A DNA stretch of 64,000 nt from Eledone cirrhosa (GCA_964016885.1 OZ024740.1:102982001-103046000), one strand, 5' to 3'. Positions 27,876 to 39,954 are shown, counted from the stretch's first letter. A program made the numbers and translations. The notes: generated by a model not told the origin, from the letters alone.

Positions 27876-29105
27876 CACAGGTTCTCAACCCATTTAGGCC
27901 AAACGCCCCCTTTTGTCCCTCGGAATCACGAAACGCCCCCCCCCCCCCTATTTTTCCATATACTACTGATTTTTATATCAGTAGATTACTAAAAAATTGA
28001 TTAACAATATTCCAAAGATGTGTGTATTATCTGATTATGTGTTGTATGTGGTCCTAGATGTGTGTATTACCTGATTATGTGTTGTATGTGGTCCTAGATG
28101 TGTGTATTACCTGATTATGTGTTGTATGTGGTCCTAGATGTGTGTATTACCTGATTATGTGTTGTATGTGGTCCTAGATGTGTGTATTACCTGATTATGT
28201 GTTGTATGTGGTCCTAGATGTGTGTATTACCTGATTATGTGTTGTATGTGGTCCTAGATGTGTGTATTACCTGATTATGTGTTGTATGTGGTCCTAGATG
28301 TGTGTATTACCTGATTATGTGTTGTATGTGGTCCTAGATGTGTGTATTACCTGATTATGTGTTGTATGTGGTCCTAGATGTGTGTATTACCTGATTATGT
28401 GTTGTATGTGGTCCTAGATGTGTGCATTATCTGATTATGTGTTGTATGTGGTCCTAGATGTGTGTATTATCTGATTATGTGTTGTATGTGGTCCTAGATG
28501 TGTGTATTACCTGATTATGTGTTGTATGTGGTCCTAGATGTGTGCATTATCTGATTATGTGTTGTATGTGGTCCTAGATGTGTGTATTATCTGATTATGT
28601 GTTGTATGTGGTCCTAGATGTGTGTATTACCTGATTATGTGTTGTATGTGGTCCTAGATGTGTGTTTTTTCTTTTCTTTTTTTATTTGTAATATTATTTA
28701 TACAATAGGGAATAAAATAGATCTACATAGTGTTAACTCGTTGCGGTTGAGTCAATAATTTCAGACATGAAATATATTGTTATCGGTGAAGGAAAGATAA
28801 GATTCTAACTGGCTGCGCTCAAAGTGTCTTTGACCCAGTAGACTGTGGGTTTTTCCATTTTTAGGATCTCAATTACCGGACATGCCTGCACACCTGCTCA
28901 CAGGTGCGGTCAGACTATAGTTATGCTGTCTGCAAGCTCATTCAAATGCATTCACACTGGCTGTCTCAAAGACAAACAAATATGGCTTATAAAACTTACC
29001 AAAATAAAGAGCCTTCCAGCGCCCAACGCCCCCTAACGCGACCTTGCTCCCAAACGCCCCCCACCCCCCGGGAGTTCTGAAACGCCCCCCCGTTGAGAAC
29101 CTTTG
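27876..29105. mobile_element. Non-autonomous hAT transposon with perfect 8-bp TSD
   Basis: TIRs CACAGGTTCTCAAC / GTTGAGAACCTTTG; TSD ATCTAAAA at 27868-27875 and 29106-29113; subterminal AACGCCCCC motifs. Confidence 0.93.
28016..28665. repeat. 40-bp minisatellite, 16 near-identical copies
   Basis: Unit AGATGTGTGTATTACCTGATTATGTGTTGTATGTGGTCCT. Confidence 0.98.
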
Positions 29106-29391
29106 ATCTAAAACAAAGAATGTCTGTCTGTCTGTCTGACTCCCTAAAACTCGAGAATCACCCAACCGATTGTTTTCAAACTTTACACATGTAATACTTA
29201 TGGCCCTATGAGTGTTTTGAGAAAAGAAAATTTCAAATTTTCAATGCCCTAGGGACCGCATTAGGCGAATTAGTGATCTCTCTCTATAATTTTTAGTCTT
29301 TCTTTTTAGATAGATACATAGATATAACGTTGCGCCCTTATAATATCTGTCTGTATGTCTGGCTGTCTGCATTACGACATTATGACGCTAT

Positions 29392-29425
<34 letters not shown>

Positions 29426-30634
29426 ATATATATAGTGTGTGTATATATATATAGTGTGTAACGTTTTTCGAAATATTTACATCTCCGTTCATAGATTGAT
29501 TTTTTTAGTTTCAGAAGATCCCATTAAATCCCTAAAATTCGAGAACCACCGAACCGGCTGTTTTCAAACTTTACACATGTAATACTTATGTTTCAAGGAG
29601 TGTTCTGAGCAAAAGAAATTTCAAATTTTCAATGCCCTAGGGACCGTATTAGGCGATTTAGCGATCTCACTCTATAATTCTTAGTTTTTCTCTTTTTAGA
29701 TAGATACATACATATAACGTCGCGCCCTTATAATATATGTCTGTATGTCTGGCTGTCTGCATTACGTCACTTCTCTGAGGATGTCTCTGTGTGTGTGTGT
29801 GAGTTTGAATCCCTAAAACTAGAGAAGTATCCAACCGATTTTTGTCAAACTTTACATATGTATTACTTATGTTTCAGGGAGGGTTATGCACATAAAAAAA
29901 TTCAACTTTTTTTTTTTTATCTCCTAGGGCCCGTATTAGGTGAAAAACTGCGTTTTTAAAGATTTTTAGGGTTTTTTTAGGCGTTACGTCAGACTGATTT
30001 CCTTGAAATTGTAACTATGTATTAGTCAGTCTCTTCTTCATACCGTAAGCAAAGAAAATCCAATTTTCTTATGGCCTAGGGCCCGCATTAGGTGAAAAAC
30101 TTCATTTTTTCAGCTTCTTAGGGCTTTTTGGAGGCGTTACGTCTAGCCGATTTTCCCGAAATTTAAAGGCATATTATGCACTTTAAAAAAATCATTTTCT
30201 TGATCTCCTAGGGCCCGCATTAGGTGAAAACCTGCATTTTTCCTGTTTCATCGAGGAAAATCTTAAAGATTATCCAGCCATCAGAGTATTCGGTTTATTG
30301 TCCAGGCATGCAGTTTTTCTACGATTAGGTCTGTTGGCGGCCGGCGTTCTAAAATACCTCATCCCGTGCAACGCCGAGTACCACTGCTAGTATAATAATA
30401 TATGTAGAAATAAACACAGATAATTCTGTCTAAAATTACGAGGGTAGATATACCACAAATGTTTTATATATTAAATCTGAATCACCACTCCACTGCAAAG
30501 ATACCACACACTCTCCCGTGTCACATTGTCCTTCCGACTTCGTAGCAAAGGGGAGGAGCTACCGTAGAAATGAGTTTAAAAAGAAAGAGTTAAGCTGTGT
30601 TGTTAATATACATACATACATACATACATACATA

Positions 30635-30865
30635 CTAAAAATATGTAAAACATTCCAAAAATTTTGCATCTAATAACTGCATATACACATGTACAGATGC
30701 AAAGCATACACACATGCACACATACAACTCAAAACATACACATCCACACATACAATAACATCCATATCTACACATGTAAATTCCAATGAGAGAGTCTTGT
30801 GTCTATGTTAGAAACCGACTCTCTCTCTATTGGTAAAACTTTGTGAAATTATAAAACCAGTAGAA
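30635..30865 (+). mobile_element. 5'-truncated R4/Dong LINE 3' end inserted in (CATA)n
   Basis: KICKTFQKFCI* + 3' UTR (TTCCAATGAGAGAGTCTTG...CTCTCTCTATTGG) homologous to 50490-50750(-); (CATA)n on both sides. Confidence 0.85.
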
Positions 30866-31026
30866 CATACATACATACATACATACATACATACGACCGT
30901 CAGCTTTATAAGTATAGATATATGTGTTTGTGTATGTGTGTATGTGTGAATGTGCATATGTGTGTCTGTGTGTTTTGTTTTGATGTTATCCGGCAATTGG
31001 CGAAATCAGGTGTGAAAGTATGTGTA

Positions 31027-31065
<39 letters not shown>

Positions 31066-31464
31066 TATGCGAGCGACGACATGGTACCCCCCCCCCTCTC
31101 TCTCTCTGAATAACTAACACTTTAATTGTATCTCTCTCTGTCTAACGGCCTATCTCTCTTTTCCCCTCCTTCTGTTTTTCTGTCTCTCTCTGTAGATGTG
31201 TGTGTGATTATAGAGAGAGATAAGAACGACGGAGTGAAGAGCGACAGAGAGAGTAAAGCAGTTAAATTATAGAGAGGGGGGAATGATCTATTATAGAGAG
31301 AGAGGGAAGAGCGACGGAGAGAGTAAAGCTAAGAAACTATAGGGAGGTGTGTAGGATACATACATAATACATACAACGACACTCAGCTTTATAATATTAT
31401 ATATATATATATTACAAAATATGAGGAAATAATAGACAAAAATATACCTATTTTTTTCTTCAAA

Positions 31465-31555
31465 GTCCCGACTGCAATTTCGCTAATCCGTGTCAATGTT
31501 TCTGCACTATAAAAATACATCAACGCTGTGAGACAGATACGGCTTATCAAGAGAC
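31465..31555 (-). ncRNA. Type I hammerhead motif, U3-A8 core variant, long stem II
   Basis: Minus strand GTCTC-TTGATAA-GC...GC-GAAA-TTGCA-GTC-GGGAC. Confidence 0.6.
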
Positions 31556-31932
31556 CCCTCAGAAAAAAGGACTTTTTATTTCGTAGCAAGTAAGAATATC
31601 TCGAGAGGCGGAGGGAGAAATTAACACATGATACAGTGGTCTCAGACGGGTAGTAAGGTGAACAGCAAACGAATATCGTATTTGCAAGAAAAAGCAGTTA
31701 GTACACTCCTGGGTTAACTCGACCATGGGGGAGTTTGGGACAATATAAGAATGAAATACACACACATATTCATATGTATATGTGTGTGGTATCCGACTTA
31801 ACAAGTTTTGATCGATGACCAAAAGAGCTAAAATAATAAAAATAATTAAAATAACCCAATAATCAGAACTATTTATCAATTTACAAAATATGAGGAAATA
31901 ATAGACAAAAATATAACAATTTTTTCTTCAAA

Positions 31933-32023
31933 GTCCCGACTGCAGTTTCGCTGATCGGTGTACAACATTCTGCACTATAAAAATGTATCAATGCTGTGAG
32001 GCTGATACGGCTTATCAAGAGAC
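31933..32023 (-). ncRNA. Type I hammerhead motif, U3-A8 core variant, palindromic stem III
   Basis: Minus strand GTCTC-TTGATAA-GCCGTATC...GATCAGC-GAAA-CTGCA-GTC-GGGAC. Confidence 0.65.
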
Positions 32024-32186
32024 ACCCTCGGGCACCTTTGTCTCTTCCTGGAAACCAATACTTTTAGAACCAGTCTGCCAATGTATATATATGGCCAATT
32101 GAATACACATGTGTAGGTTTTTTTCTCATTTTTTTTTTCTAATTTTTCTCAGTTCCTTCCTCTCATCACTCTTTACTTTCTATTTA

Positions 32187-32222
32187 TCTTCTGATGAAGG
32201 ACTAGTGTCCGAAATGTTAAGA
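32187..32222 (+). ncRNA. Minimal type I hammerhead motif (Penelope-like)
   Basis: TCTT-CTGATGA-A-GGAC-TAGT-GTCC-GAAA-TGTT-AAGA. Confidence 0.75.
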
Positions 32223-32339
32223 CTCTCTTTCTATTATTTCAAGCGTTAAACTAATATATTTCTTCCATATGGTGTGTCGTTTGTTTTGATATTTTTTTGT
32301 TATTTTTGTTAATACTATATATATATATATATATATATT

Positions 32340-32529
32340 GTTATACTTTGGGAGGGTCATGTAAAAACACATGCACCTGTTAGTTTTCACTTGAATTTAT
32401 TATAAATTGAAGTGAAAATGAACAGGTGCGTGTGTTTTTATTGGCAGCATGACCCTCCCAAAGTATAACAATATCTGTTTCAACACGTTTTCAGATAAGA
32501 AATCTTGCAAAACAAATTCAAAAACGAAG
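32340..32529. mobile_element. Internally deleted hairpin copy of the 23581-24439 element
   Basis: Same TIRs joined at TTTATTATAAATT, same ~60-bp 3' extension, (TA)n flanks. Confidence 0.88.
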
Positions 32530-32539
32530 TATATATATA

Positions 32540-32665
32540 TCATCATCATCATTTAACGTCGTCCATCTTCCACGCTAGCATGGGTTAGACGGGTTTGTCG
32601 CATTTAGAGGCAAGTTGGTTTGGTGAGCGTGTCTCGCTCATATAGGACTGTTTCTGGCTGGTTAT
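32540..32665 (-). mobile_element. RTE/SINE 3' tail fragment
   Basis: CATCATCATTTAACGTC...TTCCACGCTAGCATGGGTTAGACGG. Confidence 0.75.
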
Positions 32666-32972
32666 ATATATATATATCATAGGGCGGGGGATTGGCAGTA
32701 TCAGTGGAAGGTCGGATGCCATAGTTACGTCCCTTTACGGTCTGAGTTCAAATCCCGCCAAGGTTAACTTTGCCTTTCATCCTTACGGGGTAGATAAAAT
32801 AAAGTACCAGTAATGCACTGGGTAATTGCTGGCCTTGTGCCAAAAGTTGAAACAATTATATATATATATATATCATAAGTGTGCTCTGAATTATGATATT
32901 TTTACATCTAATTTTTATCGAGCTTCTATGGCACATCTAAATAAAAATGTTTTATTTCAATTTTTATCTGTT

Positions 32973-33045
<73 letters not shown>

Positions 33046-33199
33046 ATATATATAGTCATATACATGTCTACATATATCATATATATATATACACAGATGT
33101 CTATAAGATTTTCGTACACACACCCACATCCACATGTTCCTGACATGCATAAAGTACTATTGAATATCTTCAGGAATCCATAAACAACACATAATCAGG

Positions 33200-33880
33200 T
33201 TTCTACCGTCACTACAACCACCACCGCCACCATCTCTCCCACCATTACAACCATCACCACTACCATCATCACCACCACCACCACCATCACCAATACCATC
33301 ACCACCTCCACCAACATCAGCACTACCATCACCTCTGCCACCACCACCACCACCACCACCATCACCACCACCACCTACACTACTATATTACAGCCTATAC
33401 CACCACCACCATCTACACTACCATCCTACAGCCACTACAACAACCACTGCGTTACTACAGGCACCACCACTACCACCACCAACACCACCACCTACGCAAC
33501 CAAACTACGGCCTATACCACCACCACCACCACCACCTACACTACCATACTACAACCTATACCATCACCACCACCACCATAACTACCATACTACAACCTAT
33601 ACCACCATCACCACCACCACCACCACCTACACTACCATACTACAACCTATACCATCACCACCACCACCATAACTACCATACTACAACCTATACCACCATC
33701 ACCACCACCACCACCACCACCTACACTACCATACTACAACCTATACCATCACCACCACCACCACCTACACTACCATACTACAACCTATACCACCATCACC
33801 ATCACCACCACCACCACCTACACTACCATACTACAACCTATACCATCACCACCACCACCATCACCATAACTACCACCACT
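33200..33880. repeat. CAC-rich minisatellite with CCATACTACA(A/G)CCTATACC motif
   Basis: Directly visible. Confidence 0.9.
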
Positions 33881-33984
33881 TGTTTCATATGAAGGAATGT
33901 GGTTTTCTTATCTGGTAAACTTGTTTAACTTCCGATGATAATGTTGGGAAAATTCCAGTTTTAATTGAACACTATTGGCCTACA

Positions 33985-33999
33985 TAGTTGTTGTTGTTG

Positions 34000-34030
<31 letters not shown>

Positions 34031-34490
34031 TGTTGTTGTTGTTGTTGCTGTTGTTGTTGTTGTTGTTGAAGAATTCGTCGTCGTCGTTGTTGTTGTTGTG
34101 AAGTCGTCGCTGTTGTTGTTGTTGAAGTCGTCGCTGTTGTTGTTGTTGTTGTTGTTGTGAAGTCGTCGCTGTTGTTGTTGTTGAAGTCGTCGTCGTTGTT
34201 GTTGTTGAAGTCGTCGTCGTTGTTGTTGTTGTTGTTTAAGAAGTTGTTGAAGAAGCCGTCGTTGTCGTCGCTGTTGTTGTTGTTGTGAAGTCGTCGCTGT
34301 TGTTGTTGTTGAAGTCGTCGTCGTTGTTGTTGTTGTTGAAGTCGTCGTCGTTGTTGTTGAAGTCGTCGTCGTTGTTGTTGAAGTCGTCGTCGTCGTTGTT
34401 GTTGTTGTTGTTGTTGTTGTGAAGTCGTCGCTGTTGTTGTTGTTGTTTAAGTCGTCGTCGTCGTTGTTGTTGTCGTGGTTGTTGTTACTA
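33985..34490. repeat. GTT/GCT/GTC compound microsatellite with GAAGTCGTCG motif
   Basis: Directly visible. Confidence 0.9.
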
Positions 34491-34817
34491 TGGTTTTATG
34501 TGGATATATAGGTGTACATATATGCAAGGTTAGATATATTTGCATGTTTTTACATGCACACATATACATACACATACACATATACATATACATATATGTA
34601 TAGCATACACACACATACAAATCACACACCCACACATATACGTACACATATATGTATTTTTATGTGTACATGCATGTGTATGTGTGTATGTGTGTATGTA
34701 TATGTATATATATATGTACAATGTATGTAGTATATCATTGTTATTTTATCTAATGCAATGTCAGGCGTTTGCTCTTAACCATCAATTTCAACAACCCACA
34801 ACCTCCACCTACTCCTA

Positions 34818-34877
34818 ATCATCATTATCGTCATCATCGCCACCATCACCATCATTGTCATCATCATCATTATCGTC

Positions 34878-34908
<31 letters not shown>

Positions 34909-34983
34909 CCATCATCATCATGAACAACAGCAGCATCATCATGATCATGGTTATGATTGTCATCATCATCAGCAGCAGCAGCG

Positions 34984-35024
<41 letters not shown>

Positions 35025-35075
35025 GTCATCATTGTCATCGTCATTGTCATCGTCATCATCATTATTATTATTAAT
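34818..35075. repeat. (CAT)n-rich microsatellite
   Basis: Directly visible. Confidence 0.9.
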
Positions 35076-35489
35076 GCTAATCATTATTCAAAATTCGAAT
35101 TGTGGCATATTTACACTTTTATCACCCTACCTTTCACCAACTAAGTTCCCCACCTTAGACTAACCTCTCTAATCCCCATTCTACATACATGCACCACACC
35201 CTCCCCTAAACCCATACAAGCATGGAAAGCTGGACACTCTCCCCAACAATACTGATGAAATGGTTAAATGCTCCCAGTCCACCATGTAAGGTACTCAAGT
35301 TTACTTGGTGAGGAGGGTGATTTTAGACACCCTGCAAGACAGAAAACAAAACCTCACAAAGGGCGGAAGAACTCATAAGGGTCAACGGCCATCCAAAACT
35401 GTGTAAATATGTATATACACATGTACATATGTATGTATATGTATATGTGTATATACATGGGTGCATGTGTATGTATATGCGCGGGGACA

Positions 35490-35820
35490 TAGAAATAGTC
35501 AGGGTGGACACCCGATCGCGCGGTTAAACCACTGGGAGTGAAGGACCCCTAGCTTTTCTCAGGGCATTCTTCTAGGAGAAGGCAACTCAGGAAACTGGGA
35601 TAACTCCGATATAAAACCTGTAGCTCAGTAGTTACCGATGATGTTGATCTTTTCTTCTTTTCGGGTTATAGCTACTGTCGCTCAGAGAGTGGGATTGGCT
35701 CAGTGCACAGTCTTTCCTCACTTTAAAAAATATCTTCACGCACAGGCATTGCACGATAGAATTTATTAATAATGGTATATCGTGCAATGGCCATACTCGA
35801 TAACGAGGGGGAAGCCATCA
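35490..35820 (+). mobile_element. Non-coding retroposon fragment, possibly RTE-BovB-related
   Basis: CTAGGAGAAGGCAACTC...AAACC and CCTCACTTTAAAAAA motifs recalled from RTE-BovB-type UTRs; 12-bp hairpin near the 3' end. Confidence 0.4.
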
Positions 35821-35822
35821 TT

Positions 35823-36265
35823 TGTGACATGACAAAAAGCACCCAGCTCATCCTGTAAGGTGGTCATGTTGGTGACATGACACAAAGCACCCAGTCCACC
35901 CTGTAAAGTTGGTGACAACAAAAAGCACCCTGACTACCCTGTAAATTGTCATGCTGGAGACACGACAAAAAGCGCCCAATCAACCAACAAAAGGCGCCCA
36001 GTCCTCCTGGTAAAGTTATCGTGTTAGTGGCATGACAAAAAGCATCCTTTTGAACCTGTCATTTGGTCGCTTTGGTCCCATGATAAAAGGCACCAGTCCA
36101 CATTGGCAACGTGGTTGGCATTAGAAACGGCATCCAGCCATAGAAACCAAACAAGAAACAGTTCTGTATGAGCAAGACATGGTCATATGATCTGACATAT
36201 TTCACAGTGAGACAGCTTGTCTAACCCATGCTAGCATGGGAGAATGGACGTTAAACAGTGATGAT
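35823..36265 (+). mobile_element. RTE 3' UTR with internal ~40-bp tandem units
   Basis: GACAAAAAGCACCCAGTCCACCCTGTAAAG repeats then GGGCATCCAGCC...GGACGTTAAAC. Confidence 0.75.
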
Positions 36266-36649
36266 ATTGGCCTGCTCTCAGCTAGAAATCTCTCTTGCAA
36301 TTGTCTCATTAAGAAGATAACATTAGAGGTATTTTATCCTAGTACAAACCCAAACTGCATCACATCTAATTTTATGCTATTCCTAATAAGAACAAGCCAC
36401 CATATTTAACTTTCATTTATCTGGAGAGGGAAGGGTTGTGGATTGGCAGTATCAGAAGAACATCAGACATCATGGCTTTGAGGCATATAATTCTGAGTTC
36501 AAATCCCGACAAAGTTAGCTTTGCCTTTCATCCTCATGGGGTCAATAAAGTAGTAATGCATTGGCCTCAGTTTAATCAACTTTCCCCTTCAATTCAAATT
36601 ACCGGTTTTGTGTCAAATCATCATCATCACCATCATTTATCGTCCAGTT

Positions 36650-37970
36650 TACTATAGTACTGCCTATACCACCACCACTACCATACTACAGCCTATACAA
36701 CCTTCACCACCACTACCATACTACAGCCTATACCACCACCACTACCACACTACATCCTATACCACCACTACCATACTACTGTCTATACCACCACCACTAC
36801 ATACACTACCATACTACAGCCTATACCACTTCCACCACCACAGCTACCATACTACAGCCTATAACACCACCACCACAGCTACCATACTACAGCCTATACC
36901 ACCATCACCATTACCACTACCATGCTCCAGCCTATACCACCACCACCACTTCCATATTACAGCCTAAACGACCACCACCACGATCACTACCATACTAAAA
37001 CCTATACTACCACCACCACCACTACCATACTAAAGCCTATACCACCACCACCATATTACAGCCTATATCACCACCACCATACTACAGCCTATACCACCAC
37101 TGCCATACTACATCCTATACTACCACTACCACTACCATACTACATCCTATACCATCACTACCACATACACCACCATACTACAGTCTATACCACCACCACC
37201 TCTACCACACTACAGCCTATACCATCACCACATACACTACCATACTACAGCCTATACCACCACCACCACCACTACCATACTACAGCCTATACCACCACCA
37301 CTACTACCATACTACACCCAATACCACCACAACCATCACCATACTACAGCTTGTACCACCAACAACAACATCCACTACGTTACAACAGCCTATACCACCA
37401 GAACTACCACACTACATCCTATACCACTACAACCACCACTACCACTACCATATTACTGCCTATACCACCACTATACTACAGCCTATACCACCACCACCAC
37501 CAACACTACCATACTACTGCCTATACCACCACCACCACCACCACCACCATATACACTACTTTACCACATCCTATACCACCACCACTACCATACTACTGCC
37601 TATACCACCACCACCACCATATACACTACTCTACCACAGCCTCTACCACCACCATTACCATACCACAGCCTATACCACCACCACCACCACCACCACCATA
37701 CTACAGCCTATATCACCATCACCACTACCATACTACAGCCTATGCTACCACCACCACCACTTACACTACAGCCCATACTATAGCCCATACCAAAACCACC
37801 ACTACCATACTACAGCCTATACCACCATCACCCCTACCACTTCCATACTACAGCCTATACCACCACCACCACTTCCATACTACAGCCTCTACCACCACCA
37901 CTACCATATTACAGACTATACCACCGCCACCTACACTACCATACTATAGTCTATACCACCACCACCACTC
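36650..37970. repeat. CAC/TAC-rich minisatellite with CCATACTACAGCCTATACC motif
   Basis: Directly visible; source of the spurious 379-aa ORF. Confidence 0.92.
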
Positions 37971-38139
37971 TCTCTATTATGAGCAAATTGGGTCCTACAT
38001 GCTGGGTGCCCCACGGCCCCGGCAGAGAGAATGGAGAAGGCGTTTCCCCAGAGGATGGTAAGGGAGATGCACTGGAAGAGCCATTCCATCTCGCAGGGCT
38101 CACACCTGCGACTAGCCAGCTCAGCGCCTTTTGTGGTAA

Positions 38140-39005
38140 GTAGGGATGACTTGGTTTATCATATTGATGCCTATGTAGTTATTTCTCTCTAGAGCATCTC
38201 CTTTGCTCTTTTAGTAGTTTGCAATGGTACTACAATACCAGTGATTGGGCATGACACTGTTCTGTACTACTTGATTAATTATGCATCTGACTATATCATA
38301 AACTACCAAACCAGACAATTTTACTCTCTAGTAACTATGCTGAATGGTCCATCTGCCTACCCTACCTTCATATTCTTAATTGCTTTGTATATCACGCTGC
38401 TGTCAACTTTTATGACTGGTCCCTCACTTGGGTCTACATGAGGTAAGCCCATTTATTCTCTTCATTCAATAGTGGGACTTCTATGCCTCTTTTTTTTTAC
38501 ATTTATCTGAGCAGGTGTTTGGACACACTTTCCTCCAACCAAGTCTCTATTTTCTCTAGCACACTGTCTCACAATCCAAATTATTTCACACCTCTGATCC
38601 TCATGATATAGAATATGTGTATTTCTTGTCCATTTGCTAAATATACCTGGAACCTAATCTATCTTCCAGCAATTTGGTATTGCTCTCTGTTTCCTTAAGT
38701 TTTTCCAGACCCGCCTCTTTGCTTTTATGGCTCTATCTACCCTATCATTCCACCACCACATCACTTGTTGCCCTGCTGTGACCTTGCTCCAACTGCAGAC
38801 TTTGTCAGTAGCTTTCAGCGGGTTGTCCAGTAGGAATTCCCAATTTTTCTCTATGCTATATGCCTCCATCCCCACTTCCTTACTGTTATAAGAATCAAGT
38901 CAGATTTCTCTGAATTTCTTGCAAAAAAAGGGTTCTTTCAGCTTCCATGTCCTTTTCCTCCAGATTGGCTGTTGTCTCTGTGTTCATCTGGTCCTTACTC
39001 TAATA
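38140..39005 (-). mobile_element. Decayed RTE LINE internal fragment (EN-RT linker and start of RT)
   Basis: WWWNDRVDRAIKAKRRVWK...EGPVIKVDSSVIYKAIKNMKVG...KGDALERNNY with stops. Confidence 0.85.
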
Positions 39006-39084
39006 CCAGTGATATACATAATGCATTGTAGTCAGTTTAATCAACTTTCCCTTTCACTTCAAATTACCGGTTTTGTGCCAAATA

Positions 39085-39262
39085 ATCATCATCATTACCG
39101 TTTAACGTCCATTTCCATGCTAGCATGGGCTAGATGAGTTGTCCCATTTTGAGACAAGTCAGATCAGATGACTGTGTCTTACTCATACAGAACTGTTTCT
39201 GGCTTGGTTTCTGCAGCTGGATGCCCTTCCTAATACCAACCACATTTGAAGTGTGGACTGGC
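39085..39262 (-). mobile_element. RTE/SINE 3' tail
   Basis: TTTAACGTCCATTTCCATGCTAGCATGGG...GCTGGATGCCCTTCCTAA. Confidence 0.8.
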
Positions 39263-39283
39263 ACATACACACACACACATATA

Positions 39284-39381
39284 TATCAGTCTGAAGAGCA
39301 GATCGATAATGGAGTCAGATCCATAACTCCTATCCGTGACCTTGAGCTAATCCTCTGCAAAACACGTGTAACAGGTTGATA
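39284..39381 (+). ncRNA. Degenerate hammerhead-like motif
   Basis: CTGAAGA-GCAGA...TCTGC-AAAA (GAAA mutated)-palindrome ACACGTGT; weak stem I. Confidence 0.4.
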
Positions 39382-39740
39382 CACAATAAAAATCTTATAC
39401 ATGTAAACGACACTTCCTCGTTCTTCCTAATATATATATTCACATACATATATATAGTCAAGAGAGAAAGAAGAGTTCTGTCAAGCTAGTAACTATTACA
39501 GAGCTATCACTATTCTTGTTAACTAGGCACTGTTACTTTTTCTCTCATCTAACTCACTCTATCTGAAACAATTCTTTATTTTTAAGCAGAACAAGATTTA
39601 ATTTTAAATATAAGTAATTTAATTATATTACTTGTACATAACACAACAACCATAACAGCACTCAGTAGCCATTACACTCTATCTTTATACCAATCATGGC
39701 AATCTAGGCATTACTGCCATTAACCTAAGCACCCACTTTC

Positions 39741-39844
<104 letters not shown>

Positions 39845-39954
39845 TGCTTTATTCTTCTCTTAACCTTAAAAGAATGGTTCTTATGATCACTTACCCCCTC
39901 CCCTACTCCCCTCTTGTGAATCACAGCAAAAAGAAGTGAATGAACAGATATATT

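Larger units (their letters stand above)
27861..30390 (+). mobile_element. Non-autonomous Helitron with both ends, interrupted by a hAT element
   Basis: A|TCTATATATCTAAAA...(TGTC)n; 3' CCCGTGCAACGCCGAG hairpin then CTAG|T; internal repeats CCCTAAAACTCGAGAA x3 and CCTAGGGCCCGCATTAGGTGAAAA x3. Confidence 0.85.
31412..32030 (-). mobile_element. Retrozyme/Penelope-pLTR-like element: ~145-bp direct repeats ~468 bp apart, each carrying a hammerhead motif
   Basis: Repeats 31412-31557 and 31881-32025; adjacent to (TA)n. Confidence 0.7.

Noticed and set aside
28016-28665. CRISPR array
   Set aside because: Head-to-tail 40-mers with no unique spacers
30894-31400. Minus-strand Helitron-like 5' ends (TCTATACTTATAAAGCTG...)
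   Set aside because: No matching 3' hairpin/CTAG found, so boundaries cannot be supported
36922-38061. 379-aa His/Thr/Pro/Tyr extensin-like ORF
   Set aside because: Minisatellite-derived; the three reading frames of the motif alternate within it, showing no frame constraint
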